DNA of 64,000 nucleotides from the human T2T-CHM13v2.0 reference genome, Homo sapiens: assembly GCF_009914755.1 (NCBI RefSeq), contig NC_060934.1. One strand, given 5' to 3'. Under the pieces are notes generated by a model. The model saw only the letters and a list, made by a program, of their open reading frames with translations, did no database searches and was not told where the DNA came from. Position numbers and translations under genes: made by a program. Of the stretch, positions 47,276-64,000 are shown piece after piece (the first letter of the stretch is position 1; each line of letters starts with the position of its first letter).

Positions 47276-47545
47276 AGAGTGACATAAGAAATTGGGTGAA
47301 AACATGAATATCTCAGCTGGGGGCAGTGGAAGTGGGGATAGAGAAAAGTAGGGGAGATAATAAATTGCTATTTAGGACATAGAGTCAACAGCATCTGAAA
47401 GATGGTTGGCTGTAGTTGGTGAGATTGGAGGCCAGGTCCAGCATGACTCCAAGGTTTCTGACTTGGGCAACTATACCAAGAAATCCCACAAAGACTAACA
47501 TTATATCTTACCTTTACCATTTTGACTTGTGTTATTATTATTTAA

Positions 47546-47850
<305 letters not shown>

Positions 47851-48314
47851 AATATAAACATGTTTTGATTCAAAGGATGTAATATTCTTGCTAAAGATAT
47901 CTAGCTAGTATACCATTTACACTTATAAACTATTATAAATCAGTTAGTATTTATATTATATTTCCTTATTTAACTATTTGAAATATTTTAATTGTTTTTG
48001 TATGTGAAAATAGACAGCTTTTCACAACTGACATTATTATAATTTTACTTTTGTAGTAATACATATTTTTCAACTAACTGATAGAATTTCTGCATATATA
48101 GTTTTCAAGATTTTCACTCTGTTACATGTCAAACGTTTATATTTGAAAGTGAGTATTTTGATGTTAACAATAAATCTGAATGACAGACTTTTTCTATACT
48201 ACTGTGATGTGGTCAAATATGATGGAAACCTATGTGATCACATGGTTGTCAGTATGCACAAGTTCAGGGGTGCCAGAAGTAGCAATGAAGTTGGCATTCA
48301 GTTATTTGGTCTTT

Positions 48315-48647
<333 letters not shown>

Positions 48648-49032
48648 TGAGGTAGAAGGACACTGAGAGAATGTCTAGATTAATAAGAGAATGAGGAACG
48701 AATAACTAATTAATTTAATAAATATTTATTTAGAGTCCATTATGGGTCAAGCACTGTTCTGGGTATTGGGATATGTTAGTGAAAAACACAGACAGATCTC
48801 TGTCTTTATGGAACATACATATTCTCATGTGATGGAATCAAGAAAAGTGAGGAAGAGAAAGCTTCAAGGAGGGAGGTATGATCAACAATTTCAAGTCTAA
48901 ACAAATTAAAATAGGACTGAAAAATGTCTGTTGGGTTTGGCAGTTAAGGAGTTAAGCTGCTGGTCTAGAGGAATTATTGTATTGGAAGCCAGATTACCAT
49001 GGGCTGAGTGTGAATGGGAGGTGAAGAAGTAG

Positions 49033-49740
49033 TGTCTTAGTCCATTTCTGCTGTTATAAGGAAATACTCTAGGCTGGGTTATTTACAAACAACAGAAATC
49101 TATTTCTCACAGTTCTGGAGGCTGGGAAGTCCAAGATTGAGGTACCAGCAGATTTCGTGTCTGGTGAGGGCTCATTCTTGAGAGATGGTGCCTTCTATGT
49201 GTCCTCACAGAGCAGAAAGGGCAAGGCAACTCCTTTCAACCTGTTGAAAATAAGGTCACTAAGCCCTCATGACTTAATTACTTCCTAAAACATTCCTCCT
49301 CTTAATGCTATCACATTGGGTATTAGTATTTTGTATAGTTTGGCTTTGTCCCCACTCAAATCTCTAATTGTAGCTCCCATAATTCCGCTGCGTTGTGGGA
49401 GGGACCTGGTGGGAGGTAATTGAATGATAAGGGCAGGTCTTTCCTGTGCTGTTCTTGTGACAGTGAATATGTCTCATGAGATCTGATGGTTTTATAAAGG
49501 TGAGTTCCCCTGCACATGCTCTCTCTTGCCTACTGCCATGTAAGACATGACTTTGCTTGTCATTCGCCTTCTGCCATGATTGTGAGGCCTCCCCAGCCAT
49601 GTGGAACTGTGAATCCATTAAACCTCTTTCCTTTATAAATTACCCAGTCTCAGGTATGTCTTCATTAGCACTGTGAGAACAGACTAACACAGTATTCCAA
49701 CATATAAATTTTGAGGGGACATGTACTTTCAGGCTATTGT
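49033..49740 (-). mobile_element. MLT1A-like LTR interrupted by THE1
   Basis: TGTCTTAGTCCATTTCTGCTG...TTTCTCACAGTTCTGGAGGCTGGGAAGTCCAAGAT...AATTTTGAGGGGACA. Confidence 0.8.
49331..49691 (+). mobile_element. THE1 (MaLR) solo LTR
   Basis: CCATGATTGTGAGGCCTCCCCAGCCATGTGGAACTGTGA...ATTAAACCTC; 5-bp TSD GTATT. Confidence 0.88.
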
Positions 49741-50432
49741 ATAGGAATCATTTAGAAGTTCAGCTATTAAGAGAAGGGGAAAGGTCAGTAGCTAGAAGAA
49801 AGGCTGAAAGGATATTTGTTGTAACCTGGGAAAGGCTTGAGTGTGTTATGCTGATGGTACAAAGGAGTGTCAACATCTGGAAGAATAAGGAGAATTAGTA
49901 AGAGGTCAGTGGTCAGGCATGAGGCGAGGTAGAGGTAGAGAGATCTTTGAAAGTGCCAAAGTCGATGGGAAGGAGAGCTGTAGGGAGAGAGTCTCCTTAG
50001 GTTGCTGGAATGACCTTAGCAATATGCTCTCCACTGTCACTAATGGGAAACAGTGACACACGTGGCACTTATTTTCAAGAGCCATGGCAAGAGATGATCT
50101 CCAACTCCTGGGTCCTTATTAGGATCCAACCTGCCTAAGCACAGTGCTTCCTTCCAAACCACAGAAAAGACAATCAGAAGTGGTGGGGACGCCACTCAAA
50201 CCTGAAGCCACCGTGCAGGAAACTTAGGCCTTAGAAATGAGGAAATGGCAGGATTCCTTCTGCTTCATTTTGGTTTTCAGAAAATGAGGAGTTCTGCATA
50301 GGAACTTGGAGTGACAGACTCTGAGTGGTAGGATAAGGTCAAGCAGCTTGTTCACTGTTCAAGGGCACCTGGGCTAGGGAACAAATGGGGACCGAAAATC
50401 CTCTGTTCATCAAACTCATGCCTGGGGCATAG

Positions 50433-50603
<171 letters not shown>

Positions 50604-51456
50604 TAATTCATACAGACTGCTAGCAGCAATCCTGGCCAAACTCACATACTACTATAGAAGCTCTACCTACTGACTCAGAAATTATTCCTTATCTTTAAGG
50701 AGCTTAATTCCACACTCTTGAACACCCGGAACACAATTCTGTTCCCAGGGTGTAGTAGGGACTTCTTGAGTGGGTATTTTTAGAAGTGCTATTTTTGATA
50801 ACCAAGTAATCATCCACAGATGCGTCACACAAGCAGTAATGTGAATATTAAAGAAACACGTGGGAAACATCTACAACCTCATTAGAAAGCAAAGAAAGTA
50901 GAATAGAGCAGCCTCGAGGCAACATTTTATACATAATCATATCAAAATTGAATGATTATGCCCTATGTGGGGAAGTGGGTGATAAAACTTACACTCACAG
51001 GGCAGCTGGCATCATTTGAGGACAAACCTGTTTGGAAAGCAGCATGACAACATGCAGCATGAATAATAAAGATGCCCCTCTTCTTTTTCCCCACGAAGTT
51101 ATCCCATGCCTGAACATTTATCCCATGTTACTAATTCAGAAAAAAGCCTTATATATATGATATGAAGTTGTTCATTGCAATGTTATCTATAATGTCAGAT
51201 AAATAGGAACTCAAGAAATAAATCATGCACTGATCAAGGAATAAATGAATAAGTTCCACGAAAGGAACATTCCATATAGGGTAGCTTCATAATAATGGTA
51301 TGCTTCCAGAAGCCATATGTGCAAAATGTGTGCCACTCAAATACCATATACAAATTATACAGTGGTGTCTTTTGTTTTCACAAGTAATCTTAAACAAATT
51401 TTTTGCAAGGAAAAAAATCTAGGCATTGTTTAAATGCTTCCAATAGAGTAGTGAGT

Positions 51457-51938
<482 letters not shown>

Positions 51939-53122
51939 GTTTAGAAAAACTAGCTTTTGCCCAGGGAATCACAATTATCACTAAGCATCTAAGTAGAAAG
52001 CAAAAACAAAGACATACATTCCTTGAGGTCACAAATTGTGTCTTGCTTATCCATGCATCCTCGGCAACCTGACTCCATGCAGTGTCTACATAAATGCTTT
52101 TTGAATTGAGTTGCATCCATAGGCAGAAATTTCAATAAACAGTGGGGATCTTCACTTTCCAATTTCTTGTTATCAACTGGGTCATAGTAGCATTCATGTT
52201 GAAGCCATCACGGTCAGCACAGGCACTCTGAGCTGACCCTTAGAATAGTCAAACTGCTGCTGAGACTGGGCAATGAAGTAGGTGATGAATTTTGCTGTTG
52301 TTATATTCTGTGCCTCTTAGAACACTGAATTCTTAGCAACAGAAGCTGAAAAATCAACCCACTGGCCTAGCAGTGAGGAATGGTAAAGAGAAGTGCCTAT
52401 GATGTCAGCAGACTTGAGTTTATAAAAGAGATGTACTACAATTAAATAAAATACTTCAATTACAATTAATATCTTTATACAAGCTTCTTTGTATTTTCCG
52501 AAATTGTGGAAATGCTAGTCACATGCTTTCAAATTGCTCTGCAAAAGGATTTTGCCAGGGATTTTAAATTTTACTTCTAGTAATAAAGTTTCTTTATAAC
52601 TTTGCTGATATTGGATGCTATTAATCTTTTTATTCTTTATATTTTAGGGAAAAGTTATTTTTACTGTTTTAAGTTGCATTTCTTTGACTCTAGTGAGGTT
52701 AAGCAAATCTTATGTTTAAAGCAAATCATCTATTTGTATTTCTTGTGTGACTTGCTTGCTCTAATTTTTTGCTTATTTTCAATGCAGTTGCCTGTCTTTT
52801 CCCTACTTATTTGTAATTAGTTTTTCTGAATCGTAAGTAGTTATGCATTGTTGGTTATATGTTTTCTCAGTCCGTTGATTGTCTTTTAACATTTTTATGG
52901 TGCTTATCAGACACATATTTAAATTTTTATACAATTGATGCCATCATTTTTGGTTTTGGCTTCTGGGTTTTCTGACCCACATGAAAGATTTATAAGATTA
53001 AAAAAATACTTTTTGTATTTTAACCTTACACTTTATTTTAAAATATTTTGTTCTTTAATCAATCTGGAATTTATTTTTAGTATGGCACGAGGTAGTGATC
53101 TAATGAATATCCATTTTTATAA

Positions 53123-53471
<349 letters not shown>

Positions 53472-53589
53472 TACTTTTATAATTTTTAAGCTCCCATAGA
53501 CATGTAGCATTTTTGAATATTTTGTATCAGTGGGCTAACTCTTTATTCATTAGCTAATACTACCTATTTTAACCTTGGCTTTTTGTTAG

Positions 53590-53671
53590 AGATTGTGGTG
53601 AGCCAAGATTGCACCACTGGACTCCAGCGTGGGGGACAGAGCAAGACTCCATCTCAAAAAAAAAAAAAAAA
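53590..53671 (+). mobile_element. Alu 3' fragment
   Basis: GTGAGCCAAGATTGCACCACTG...CTCAAAAA. Confidence 0.85.
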
Positions 53672-53759
53672 AGTTTTCCCTTACTGTTATTTAAAAAATT
53701 ATTGGCTTCTCTCATTCATCTTCTTTTTAAAAATTAAAATTAATTAATTAATTCATTAA

Positions 53760-54061
53760 TTTTTAGAGACAGGATTTTGCTTTATCTCCCAGGCTGGAGT
53801 GTTGTGCTCAAACATAGCTCATTGCAGCCTCCAATTCCTGGGTTCAAGCAGTCCTCCTGCCCCAGTCTCCCTAGCATCTAGGACTACAGGCATTCTCCAC
53901 CATGCCCAGCTAATTTTTTTATTTTTTATTTTTTTTGGTAGAGGTAGAGATGAGGTCTCACTGTGGTGCCCTGGCTGGTCTCAAACTCCTGGCCCCAAGT
54001 GATCCTCCTGTCTCGGCTTCCCAAAGTGCTGGGATTATGATGTGAGTCACCATGCCCAACC
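53760..54061 (-). mobile_element. AluJ-like element
   Basis: antisense Alu dimer. Confidence 0.88.
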
Positions 54062-54153
54062 CTCATTTTCTTTTATATAAAATTTAGAAGCAGTTCGTCA
54101 ACTTCCAGAAAAGTTTGTGTTGGAATTTTGATTAAAAAATGTATTTTCTGTTT

Positions 54154-54575
54154 TGCAGTGGGCAGATGTATGCAAACCTATCCTAAAGTTCAAGGAAGCT
54201 GAGAGGCCGAAGAAAGAGGCTGACAAATCTAGTTTCTCAGAAAGAAACCTTTAACAGGGATTTAGGAACAGAAGCCATGTCTGGGTCTCAGACAGGGCAG
54301 GATGAGATGGTGAGTTCTTTGTGCCATTACCCCTGAGGCCCAGGGCTTATATACCATAGGAGAGGGGTGGTTTGGAAGAGATGTGTAGCGCCATTGAAGT
54401 ACGAGAACATCAAGATTGTTTGACCTACAGGCAGGATTTATAGTAGTAAGTACCTGCTTTTATGCAAGGGACAATGTAGAGAAACTGGAACTCTCAGAGC
54501 CCTCTTGGAACTGGGGTTAATCAGAAGCCAACCTGGTGAAGTAGCATCCAAAGTGAAGTTGCTTCACCCGCCACA
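54154..54575 (-). mobile_element. LTR47-like ERVL solo LTR
   Basis: TG...CA ends; minus strand begins TGTGGCGGGTGAAGCAACTTCACTTTGGATGCTA...CTTCTGATTAACCCCAGTTCC. Confidence 0.7.
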
Positions 54576-54904
54576 ATTTCTATTTAAAACAACAGTATAT
54601 TTCATTTATTTAGATTTTCTTTTATGTCATTCATATTATTCTTGAATGTTTCTTCTTGGGTTTATTCCAAGTTTGTTGCTTTAGGAATAGTACAGTATCT
54701 TTTTTCTTTTAACTTTCTAACTGATTATTATAGACAATTAGATATTCTATTAAATTTTGTGGTCTTGTACTAGCCATATTTACTCTCAGATGAGTTTCAG
54801 AAATTTCTTAGTTTATTCCCCTAATTTGTTACTTTATGTAGACAATTATATTATCTTCAAAGAATCATCACGTCTTTTCCTTTCTCATATACATATTTCA
54901 TTAA

Positions 54905-55290
<386 letters not shown>

Positions 55291-56122
55291 ACCATATCTT
55301 TTACTTTAATGGGAATTTTAAAATGTTTTGGCATTAAAATGGTGCTTTCTATAGGCTTCTACTATATTCCCTTCCAACTTTTGTTAAGTTAAAGAAATGT
55401 CCTCTTATTCCTTTTCTAAGTTTCTTTCCTTTTAAAATTGAAATGTGTATTGAAATTTACCAAGTGCTTTTAAGCACTATTGAAATTTGTATATCATTTA
55501 CTTTGATCTGTTATTGTTATTCTACCTGTATTCTACCTGTACAGGAATATTCTACCTGTATTCTACATAGAATACATAAAATAAATTCTACATATTTTAC
55601 TTAGAATACACAGAGTAAATTCTACTTTGTCATAACATTTTATTCTCTTAATAATCTGCTGGATTCAGTTTTTCAAATAGTCTATTTGTATGAGCTCATT
55701 AGTGAAATTTGCTTATGAAGTATTAATCACAAGTTGATTGACCCAAGGCACCTTCCAGTCCTTGTGTCTATTCAATCTCAATTGAGGTTGTTGTGTGCTC
55801 TTCTAGTCTTTATAGTATTTTTCTCTTGCATATGTTTCTATTTTCAAACAATTACTCATGATTTCTAGTCACTGATGAGACTTTCTCCTATTTTCCAGGG
55901 CTTGTTGGGCTTATCCTTGTAATATTAAAAATATTTGGATGGGAGGATCAGCGGTCATCTGTGTTCAGTCTATTATCTTGAACCAATTCCAGTATAGTTG
56001 CTGCTGTATTTAAGAAAAATTTTATGCCTGTTTTATAACTTTCTGCCCCATTAAATTATCTTTTTTTGGACTAATAGTTTTGTATTAATTGTTCTGAGTG
56101 TTTTAGAAAGGGAATGATATTA

Positions 56123-56569
<447 letters not shown>

Positions 56570-57984
56570 TCAATTTTGTACATGTATAGAATATTTGCTG
56601 CTGGTTTTGTAGACATTTTTTATCTCATTTGAGTTATATCTTTGTTCCCTTTACTTCTAGGTTACTAAGTAATTTTTAAAAAACTATGTATTGCTGTTGA
56701 ATTATTATCAAATTCCTTTTTGACCTTTATTCAGAAGGTCTTCCTTCACCCCCCTTGACTTATTAAAATAAATAGATTTCCTAATTGAGGGAGATCACCG
56801 TCATCCTTTTCTCCATGGTTTTCTTTCATCATCACCCTATTGTCTTTGCAGTGCAGGATGAACAGCAAGACCCTGACAAGCAAAAGGGTGTCTTCAGCCA
56901 GTGAAGATGGCAAAATGGATAGACAGAAGTGTGCTTTTCTAGTTGTTTATTTTTTTTGTCTTTCCCATCATGTTAAAAAAATTTTCATCACTCTCCAAAA
57001 TCCCAGTCCATCCCCAAATAAAACAAGGCCCTGCAGAGAGTCAGCTTTCTGGCTAGAGTGCAAGGTACATGCTGTAGCCATTGGACAAAACGAAGCCAAT
57101 TGGGTAACAGGATAGAAACCATGACCCTGGCTCTTTATCGATGAAATAACCAGGCACAGACATCACAGGTTTTCTCTTTGCCAGTTCAAAATGCCAAAAA
57201 GGGATGCAGGGGAAGAATTAATGAAGATTCTCTCTGATGTAGCTTCTGTACTCCCTCCCCATAGCGTGTGTTTGCTTTTTGAGTAGGGGATTTGATTCTG
57301 AAATACACCATACTTGGCAATTTTCTTTAAAGCTTAAACTCTTAGAACTAAGTCTCAGGATTTTCGATGGCCATGGGCAAATGCTTTTTTTGTGGATACT
57401 GTTTGATGAATGTGCCCAGTTGACGCCTATGCTCACAATTTCCACAAGGAACATCCTGAACCTTTCTAACTAAACACAAGGCTAATGAATTATGTGTGGG
57501 AAACTCTCTCTACCTCTCTCTCTCTCTTTTTTAAGTATGTAGCAGTCATGGAAGTTGAGCCATCTTTCCATTAGTGCATGATTGCAAATGTCTTTCTTAG
57601 TATTTAACTACAGGATAAGACAATGGCCTAAAAACTAGGCCCTAGAGATGAGCCTAGTAGGCTAGTTTCCCAAATTGTGAGAGAGTATTCAGGATGTTCT
57701 TGCTACCCAACAGTATATTCCATGGAGGTAGATCTAGGAAACTCTGATAAGACTTCCGGGCTGCCACACTCAAGACCTCCAGCACCTTTGCCACTTGAAC
57801 CAGTGAAGAGTCTCACAGCCTGCCCTAACCACAGCTCCCTTCTGAGAGGAAAAGCTGCTCACAGTGAGTGGTCATAGTTATGGTATTTATCCCCATTCCT
57901 ACTGCCCCTATTCACACATATACATAACAAGCTAACTTAAGGGTGACCCAACCATAGGCTAGTGACCTTCCTCCAAATGCTTTT

Positions 57985-58290
<306 letters not shown>

Positions 58291-58319
58291 CCCCAAATGC
58301 TTTTAAACGAATCACATTG

Positions 58320-58692
58320 CTCTCTCAGCAAGGAAGAATTGGAACACTGAGAGACTAAGCCAGTTAGGTATCACAGGTGAAGTTGGGGCAGGCTGGATCT
58401 TAAGAGACCAAGTACAAGTTAAAGTTTTGAGGGAGAAAAGACTGAGAAAGCAGAGGACAGTGGATGGTAAGAAAGAGAAGAAAACAGATGTGCTGAGAAA
58501 AGCAGAGAAGTCCTACACATTAAGTGGCCATGGTTCCTATTGCTTCCCAAGCTCCAGTTCTCATGAGGCACCAGGATGTATTATAGTTTACCGTCTTTGG
58601 GAATCTATGAGATTCCTATGTATTCTCATAATATTAATCCTTTGTATGTGTCAACTTGAGTGTTCTTGCAATCAAAAGACCTGGCCTAAGAT
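58320..58692 (+). mobile_element. old MLT1-like LTR
   Basis: 3' end GTTCTTGCAATCAAAAGACCTGGCCTAAGATA. Confidence 0.45.
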
Positions 58693-59655
58693 ATGGGCAA
58701 TGTGGGAAATCCACATTTAGGCAGGCAGTGGAAACTTTAAAACTCTGTCTTTAGTGCCAGCCAGTTACTTTTAATTTGTTTTCCTCATCATAGGAAACCT
58801 TATAGAATTGGAGTGTGAATTTCTTGGTGCAGGATGGGAATGCCCAGAGCTTGAGGATTTAGGGTTTACTGGCAGGGCTGAGATCTCTTCACACTCCTAC
58901 TCAAGAGGCATGACTATCTTCCATCACCTCAAGAAGGTTTTAACTAATGCTTTCAAGATGTGAGTGATTGGTAATTTACAAATGATGCTGGGTAGACTGT
59001 CTCTGACATATCCACTTGCACCTCCAGAACTCTTTATATGAGCGATACTCACTTCTCAGTTCATTTGCTCAGTAAACAAAAGATCAAAGGGGAAAAAAAG
59101 GTAAGAATTAATAGTAGGAAATGAGCATTTTAGAGAAATGTCTGAAATCAGCTGAGTGCAGAAAGAGAAAGCTTGAATGTGATAGACATCAGCTCTAGAA
59201 ATTTTCTGAACACTCTAGGATTCTTATGAACCTGCAGCCATCCTTCAAGGCCCAATTCATAGGGTATTCTTTTCTTGAATTGGGAATTGAAGGGTGGATA
59301 GGATTTAGATATGCTGACTTGAGAGCAGTGGCATCCCTTGTGGAGAAAATAGCATGAGTGAAGATCTGGAGAGGGTCGAGGCCACTATGTGTGGAAAACT
59401 AAGGACAATTCAGTTTAGCTGTGGGGCTAAGGGTACACAAATGGAGGAAGACGCATGTTAAACCAAAAAAGTAAATTGCGGCTTAACCCCTGTAATGGCC
59501 TCTAGGCAGGCAAAGTGAGTATCAGAGTTTCATGAGTGAGGGAGGGAGTGATTCATTAGCTGCCTTTAGGAATATTAACTTGGAAACACTGTGTTGTGAG
59601 GATTAGAGTGAGGAAGGAGTGGACATTGGGAGATCTGGCGCAAGATAAGAAAATA

Positions 59656-59966
59656 GGCTGGGTGTGGTGGCTCATGCCTGTAATCCCAACACTTTAGAAG
59701 GCTAAGGTGAGAGGTTCCCTTGAGTCCAGGAGTCTGAGGCGAGCCTGGTCAATGCTGTGAGACCCCCATCTCTACAAATAATTTTTTTTAATTAGCTGAG
59801 AGTGATGGCATGTGCCTGAAGTCCCAGCTACATGGGAGGCTGAGGCGGGAGAATGGCTTCAGTCCAGGAAGTTGAGGCTGCAGTGAGCTATGTTCTCACC
59901 ACTGCACTCCAGCCTGGGTGACAAGGGAAACCCCATTTCAATCAATAATAATAATAACAATAATAA
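59656..59966 (+). mobile_element. AluJ-like element with (AAT)n tail
   Basis: Alu dimer. Confidence 0.9.
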
Positions 59967-61329
59967 TGTAGTTTTAATAAAAGGAGAACAGGAAGAGAGC
60001 AGATGAAAAAGAAATTAAATTACAGAGAAATGGCTCAAGTAGGCCTTGAAAAGAAGCAGTCTGTGTTACCCTTGGAAGTTGCCTGCTTGTGTTGTTGGCA
60101 GGATAATGGTACTTTTAGGAAAGTGGAGAATGCCAGAGAAGGAGAAGGAAGTGAGGAGGAGGAAGAAATAGGGGAGGAGAACTCATTCTTGAATCAGTTT
60201 AAGAAGCTTCAAAGACTCAATTGATGAGTGAACATCAGATTTAAATACACCCTGTCTCCATTAGGGAGATACCCAGAAAGATGCACTATGTCATGGCTAA
60301 ATTAGGCTGAGTTTCATGTCTGCATGAAGAGAAGTGTATTGGTCTATGTCTGTAACATATATATCACTAAATTTTTCAATGTTTTTGTAATTTGTATAAA
60401 AATCTCAAAAAAAAAAAAACAGTCTTTTTTTTTTCCCAAGGGGATTAAGCTATCCTATGGCGTATAGCCTTGGGTTTTTATTTCATTGTAATAATTTTCT
60501 AGTCACTTAAAAAGTTCTTGCGTATTTAGAATTTATTACTCCAAGTTTGAAAAATCTAAGGCTTTGTGTCTTAGCACATTGCATCTCTGTTAAGACATTC
60601 TTTCCACAAAGACATTAGAAGGATCTCTGGAGGTGACTGATGAAACAATAATTTTGAGTGGATTTAGGGTTTTAATTACTGTTTTATTTAATTGTGAGTG
60701 GGCACTGTGGAAAAAAAATCCATCAACAAAGGAAACAATTGTTCCAAAGAATTACATCTGCATTTATTCTCTGTCAAAAATTTCTCATTAAAAATGTGTT
60801 TCTTTAAAAGTAACTCAAAGCAGCTGATGAAATACAAGAGCATGGAAAGTTTCAAATCCCAGTGCAAACTGGATTCATCCAAGATCATTTGCCAGAGACT
60901 TGACTCCATGGTAAAGAGCTTCTCACCATTTCTCACATCCATTAACTGGGTTTCATACTTACGCTCAGATGCTGGCAGTTTTATTTCCATAGGTGGATAT
61001 TTTCCACTCAAACACTTCCTTTTCATAATACTTTTGATGTCTCTAGAGCATTAATACTGTTTGACTTTTCTCTTTAGTGATGACTCTGACTCATGTTTTT
61101 TTTACTTTAAGAGAGTGGGTGAAGAAAGAAAGAAGCCATAGGCAGCTCTACTAAAGAGGTGAAAATCCTAAAGACCATTCCACAATGTCTGAACCACCAT
61201 CAAAGACTAGTGTGTGAGAAATGACAGTTACTGAGATTATTCCCAAACCATTCTCTAGTTTTTTTGGAAAGATCAGGCCTGCATGAGAGGCCACTGGGGT
61301 AAATCTTACAAAAAAATAAGACTGTAGGA

Positions 61330-62350
<1,021 letters not shown>

Positions 62351-62719
62351 TTAAAAAGATTACAGAAAAACATCTCTTTGAAGCTGGCACTGCTGATGAA
62401 AACTAAAGCAATAGATGGAGAAAAGAGGACGATAAAGAAAATTTGGGCTGATATTCTCCAGAAAAGGAAAGGGTGGCCACCTTGTCAATGGATTTGTTGA
62501 GCACCCATTATGTGTGGGAAGGGATTACCAAACGCTACAGAAATCTCTGTCTTGAGGTCATGTAACAGTCTATTGAGGGAACAAGGCACATATATACCAA
62601 AATGATTTAAATAGCAAGGTAAGAGTAGCATAATAATTCTCAGCAGCTACTGAGCGTTGTATAGACATTGCTTATTTAATACTTACCAAATCAGCCCATG
62701 AAGTAGATGGGTTTGTTAA

Positions 62720-63185
62720 AATGTATTTGCTGACTGGCAACAGAAAAGCCAAAAAAATATATACTGGCTTAAACAAGTAAGGAGGTTATTTATATCATGC
62801 TACAAAAAGCCTAGAGTTTGTTGCCCTGGTTAGGACCACCTGGGACACAGTCTCCTCCATATTTCTGCTCTACAGCCCTTAGCTCCACAGTCATAGTTGC
62901 TGCCCATTCAAGCATCACATCTGTGTGTAAAGCAGGATGAAGGATGGTGTAACGGGCGTGGGGCACTTATATAAGAAAAGGAATGTTTTCCCAGAAATTC
63001 AAGAATACTTCCTCTTATATACTATTAGCCAGAACAATGTCAGTAGGCTACCATCAGCTTTAAGGAAGCCAGTTGCTTGAGCATTTTAGCTGGGCACATT
63101 GTTACCCTGAACAAAACTGGGGCTCTATAAGAAGGAAAAATGAGGAGAGAACTTACATTGGGAACATAAATAGCAGTGTCTGCCA
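62720..63185 (-). mobile_element. old MLT1-like LTR
   Basis: GCAACAGAAAAGCC...TGGCTTAAACAAG...TAGCCAGAACAATGTCA...CAGTGTCTGCCA. Confidence 0.6.
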
Positions 63186-63194
63186 TGGTGGGTT

Positions 63195-63340
63195 GACTAT
63201 GTCATTTTACAGATAATAAACTGAGGCTCAAAGAGGTTAAATGGTTTGCTCAATTTATCATACAACCAGCAAATAGCAGAGCCAGGGTTAAAACCCAGAT
63301 GTGAGTGAATCCAAAGTTTTTACTCGTAACTCCCATTCAT
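63195..63340 (-). mobile_element. MIR
   Basis: CATTTTACAGATAATAAACTGAGGCTCAAAGAGGTTAAATGGTTTGC. Confidence 0.8.
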
Positions 63341-63589
63341 TACTGTCATGTGGCGCTTCAAATGAATGATATAAATAACTTGATGGTAAATGCAGGGTGG
63401 GAGTAGATCAATACGATTTTGGTAGGTAGAAAATAGGGAGTAAAATCATGCAGAGAGAAAGATTTTTCCTACTGTTGGAGGCCTTTGGGGGACAGGAAAA
63501 AGTCCAAATTGATTATCAGAGAGTTATTGTTAGGGAAGAATGGGAAGAAAGCTCAGAAAGAAGTGCTGGGACACCAGGCTTCCTTGATA

Positions 63590-64000
63590 GCTCCCAAGTA
63601 ACAAGTCCAAAATGGAATTTCTGATTTCTCTGTTCCCTAATCCACTTTATTCTCCATCTTTTCCCATCTCAGTAAAATTCACATTTATATGCCCAGCTGG
63701 TTAAACAGAAAATCTGAGGGTTGACATTCATCCTTCTGTTGCCCTCACTCTCACATCTGCAAGTTCTGAAGTATTTACCTCCAAAATATCTCTCACTATG
63801 TCCTTTCTGTCACTATCTCTGCCCCTTGCTCATCCAGCTTGCCACCAGCGTGTGCTTGAGAATGGAAACAGCCTCCTCCTAATGGGTCTGCTTGCTTCTT
63901 CTCTTGTCTCCTTTAGCCAGTTCTCCACTTGGCAATCTTGAATGAACTTTAAACATTGTAAGCCAGATCATATGACAGCATCCACTTAAAACCCTCCTGT
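63590..64000 (+). mobile_element. L2 fragment
   Basis: GTCCAAAATGGAATT...TTCCCATCTCAGTAAA...TACCTCCAAAATATCTC...CAGCCTCCTCCTAATGGGTCT. Confidence 0.75.

Noticed and set aside
48143-48240. Possible hAT transposase remnant ([12 protein letters not shown] resembling LNSRLF..LC)
   Set aside because: Similarity is too short to support without an HMM search and no termini were identified

Overview
Human genomic DNA from the PTEN locus (chr10q23.31, + strand). It contains the end of intron 8, the last coding exon (exon 9; 3188-3373, V343-V403 with the phospho-tail and the PDZ-binding TKV motif) and the ~6.5 kb 3' UTR with a ladder of poly(A) signals (main ends near 6675 and 9830). The remaining ~54 kb is downstream intergenic DNA, mostly interspersed repeats: about 36 Alus, L1/L2/CR1 LINEs, MIRs, MaLR/ERVL LTRs and hAT-Charlie elements. 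I found no other protein-coding gene; the remaining ORFs in the track are repeat-derived or look like chance. I see no convincing new biological system. The most notable observations are: (1) a retroposed SNORD74 (U74) copy whose rRNA guide is changed at the methylation-specifying nucleotide; (2) a twin-primed (5'-inverted) old L1MA insertion with intact target-site duplications (TSDs), hosting a closely spaced inverted Alu pair; (3) a perfect 26-bp-arm palindrome in PTEN intron 8 built from an Alu TSD; (4) a young AluYa5; (5) miRNA sites interleaved with the proximal poly(A) signals. Repeat subfamily calls and boundaries come from reading by eye against remembered consensus sequences and are approximate.
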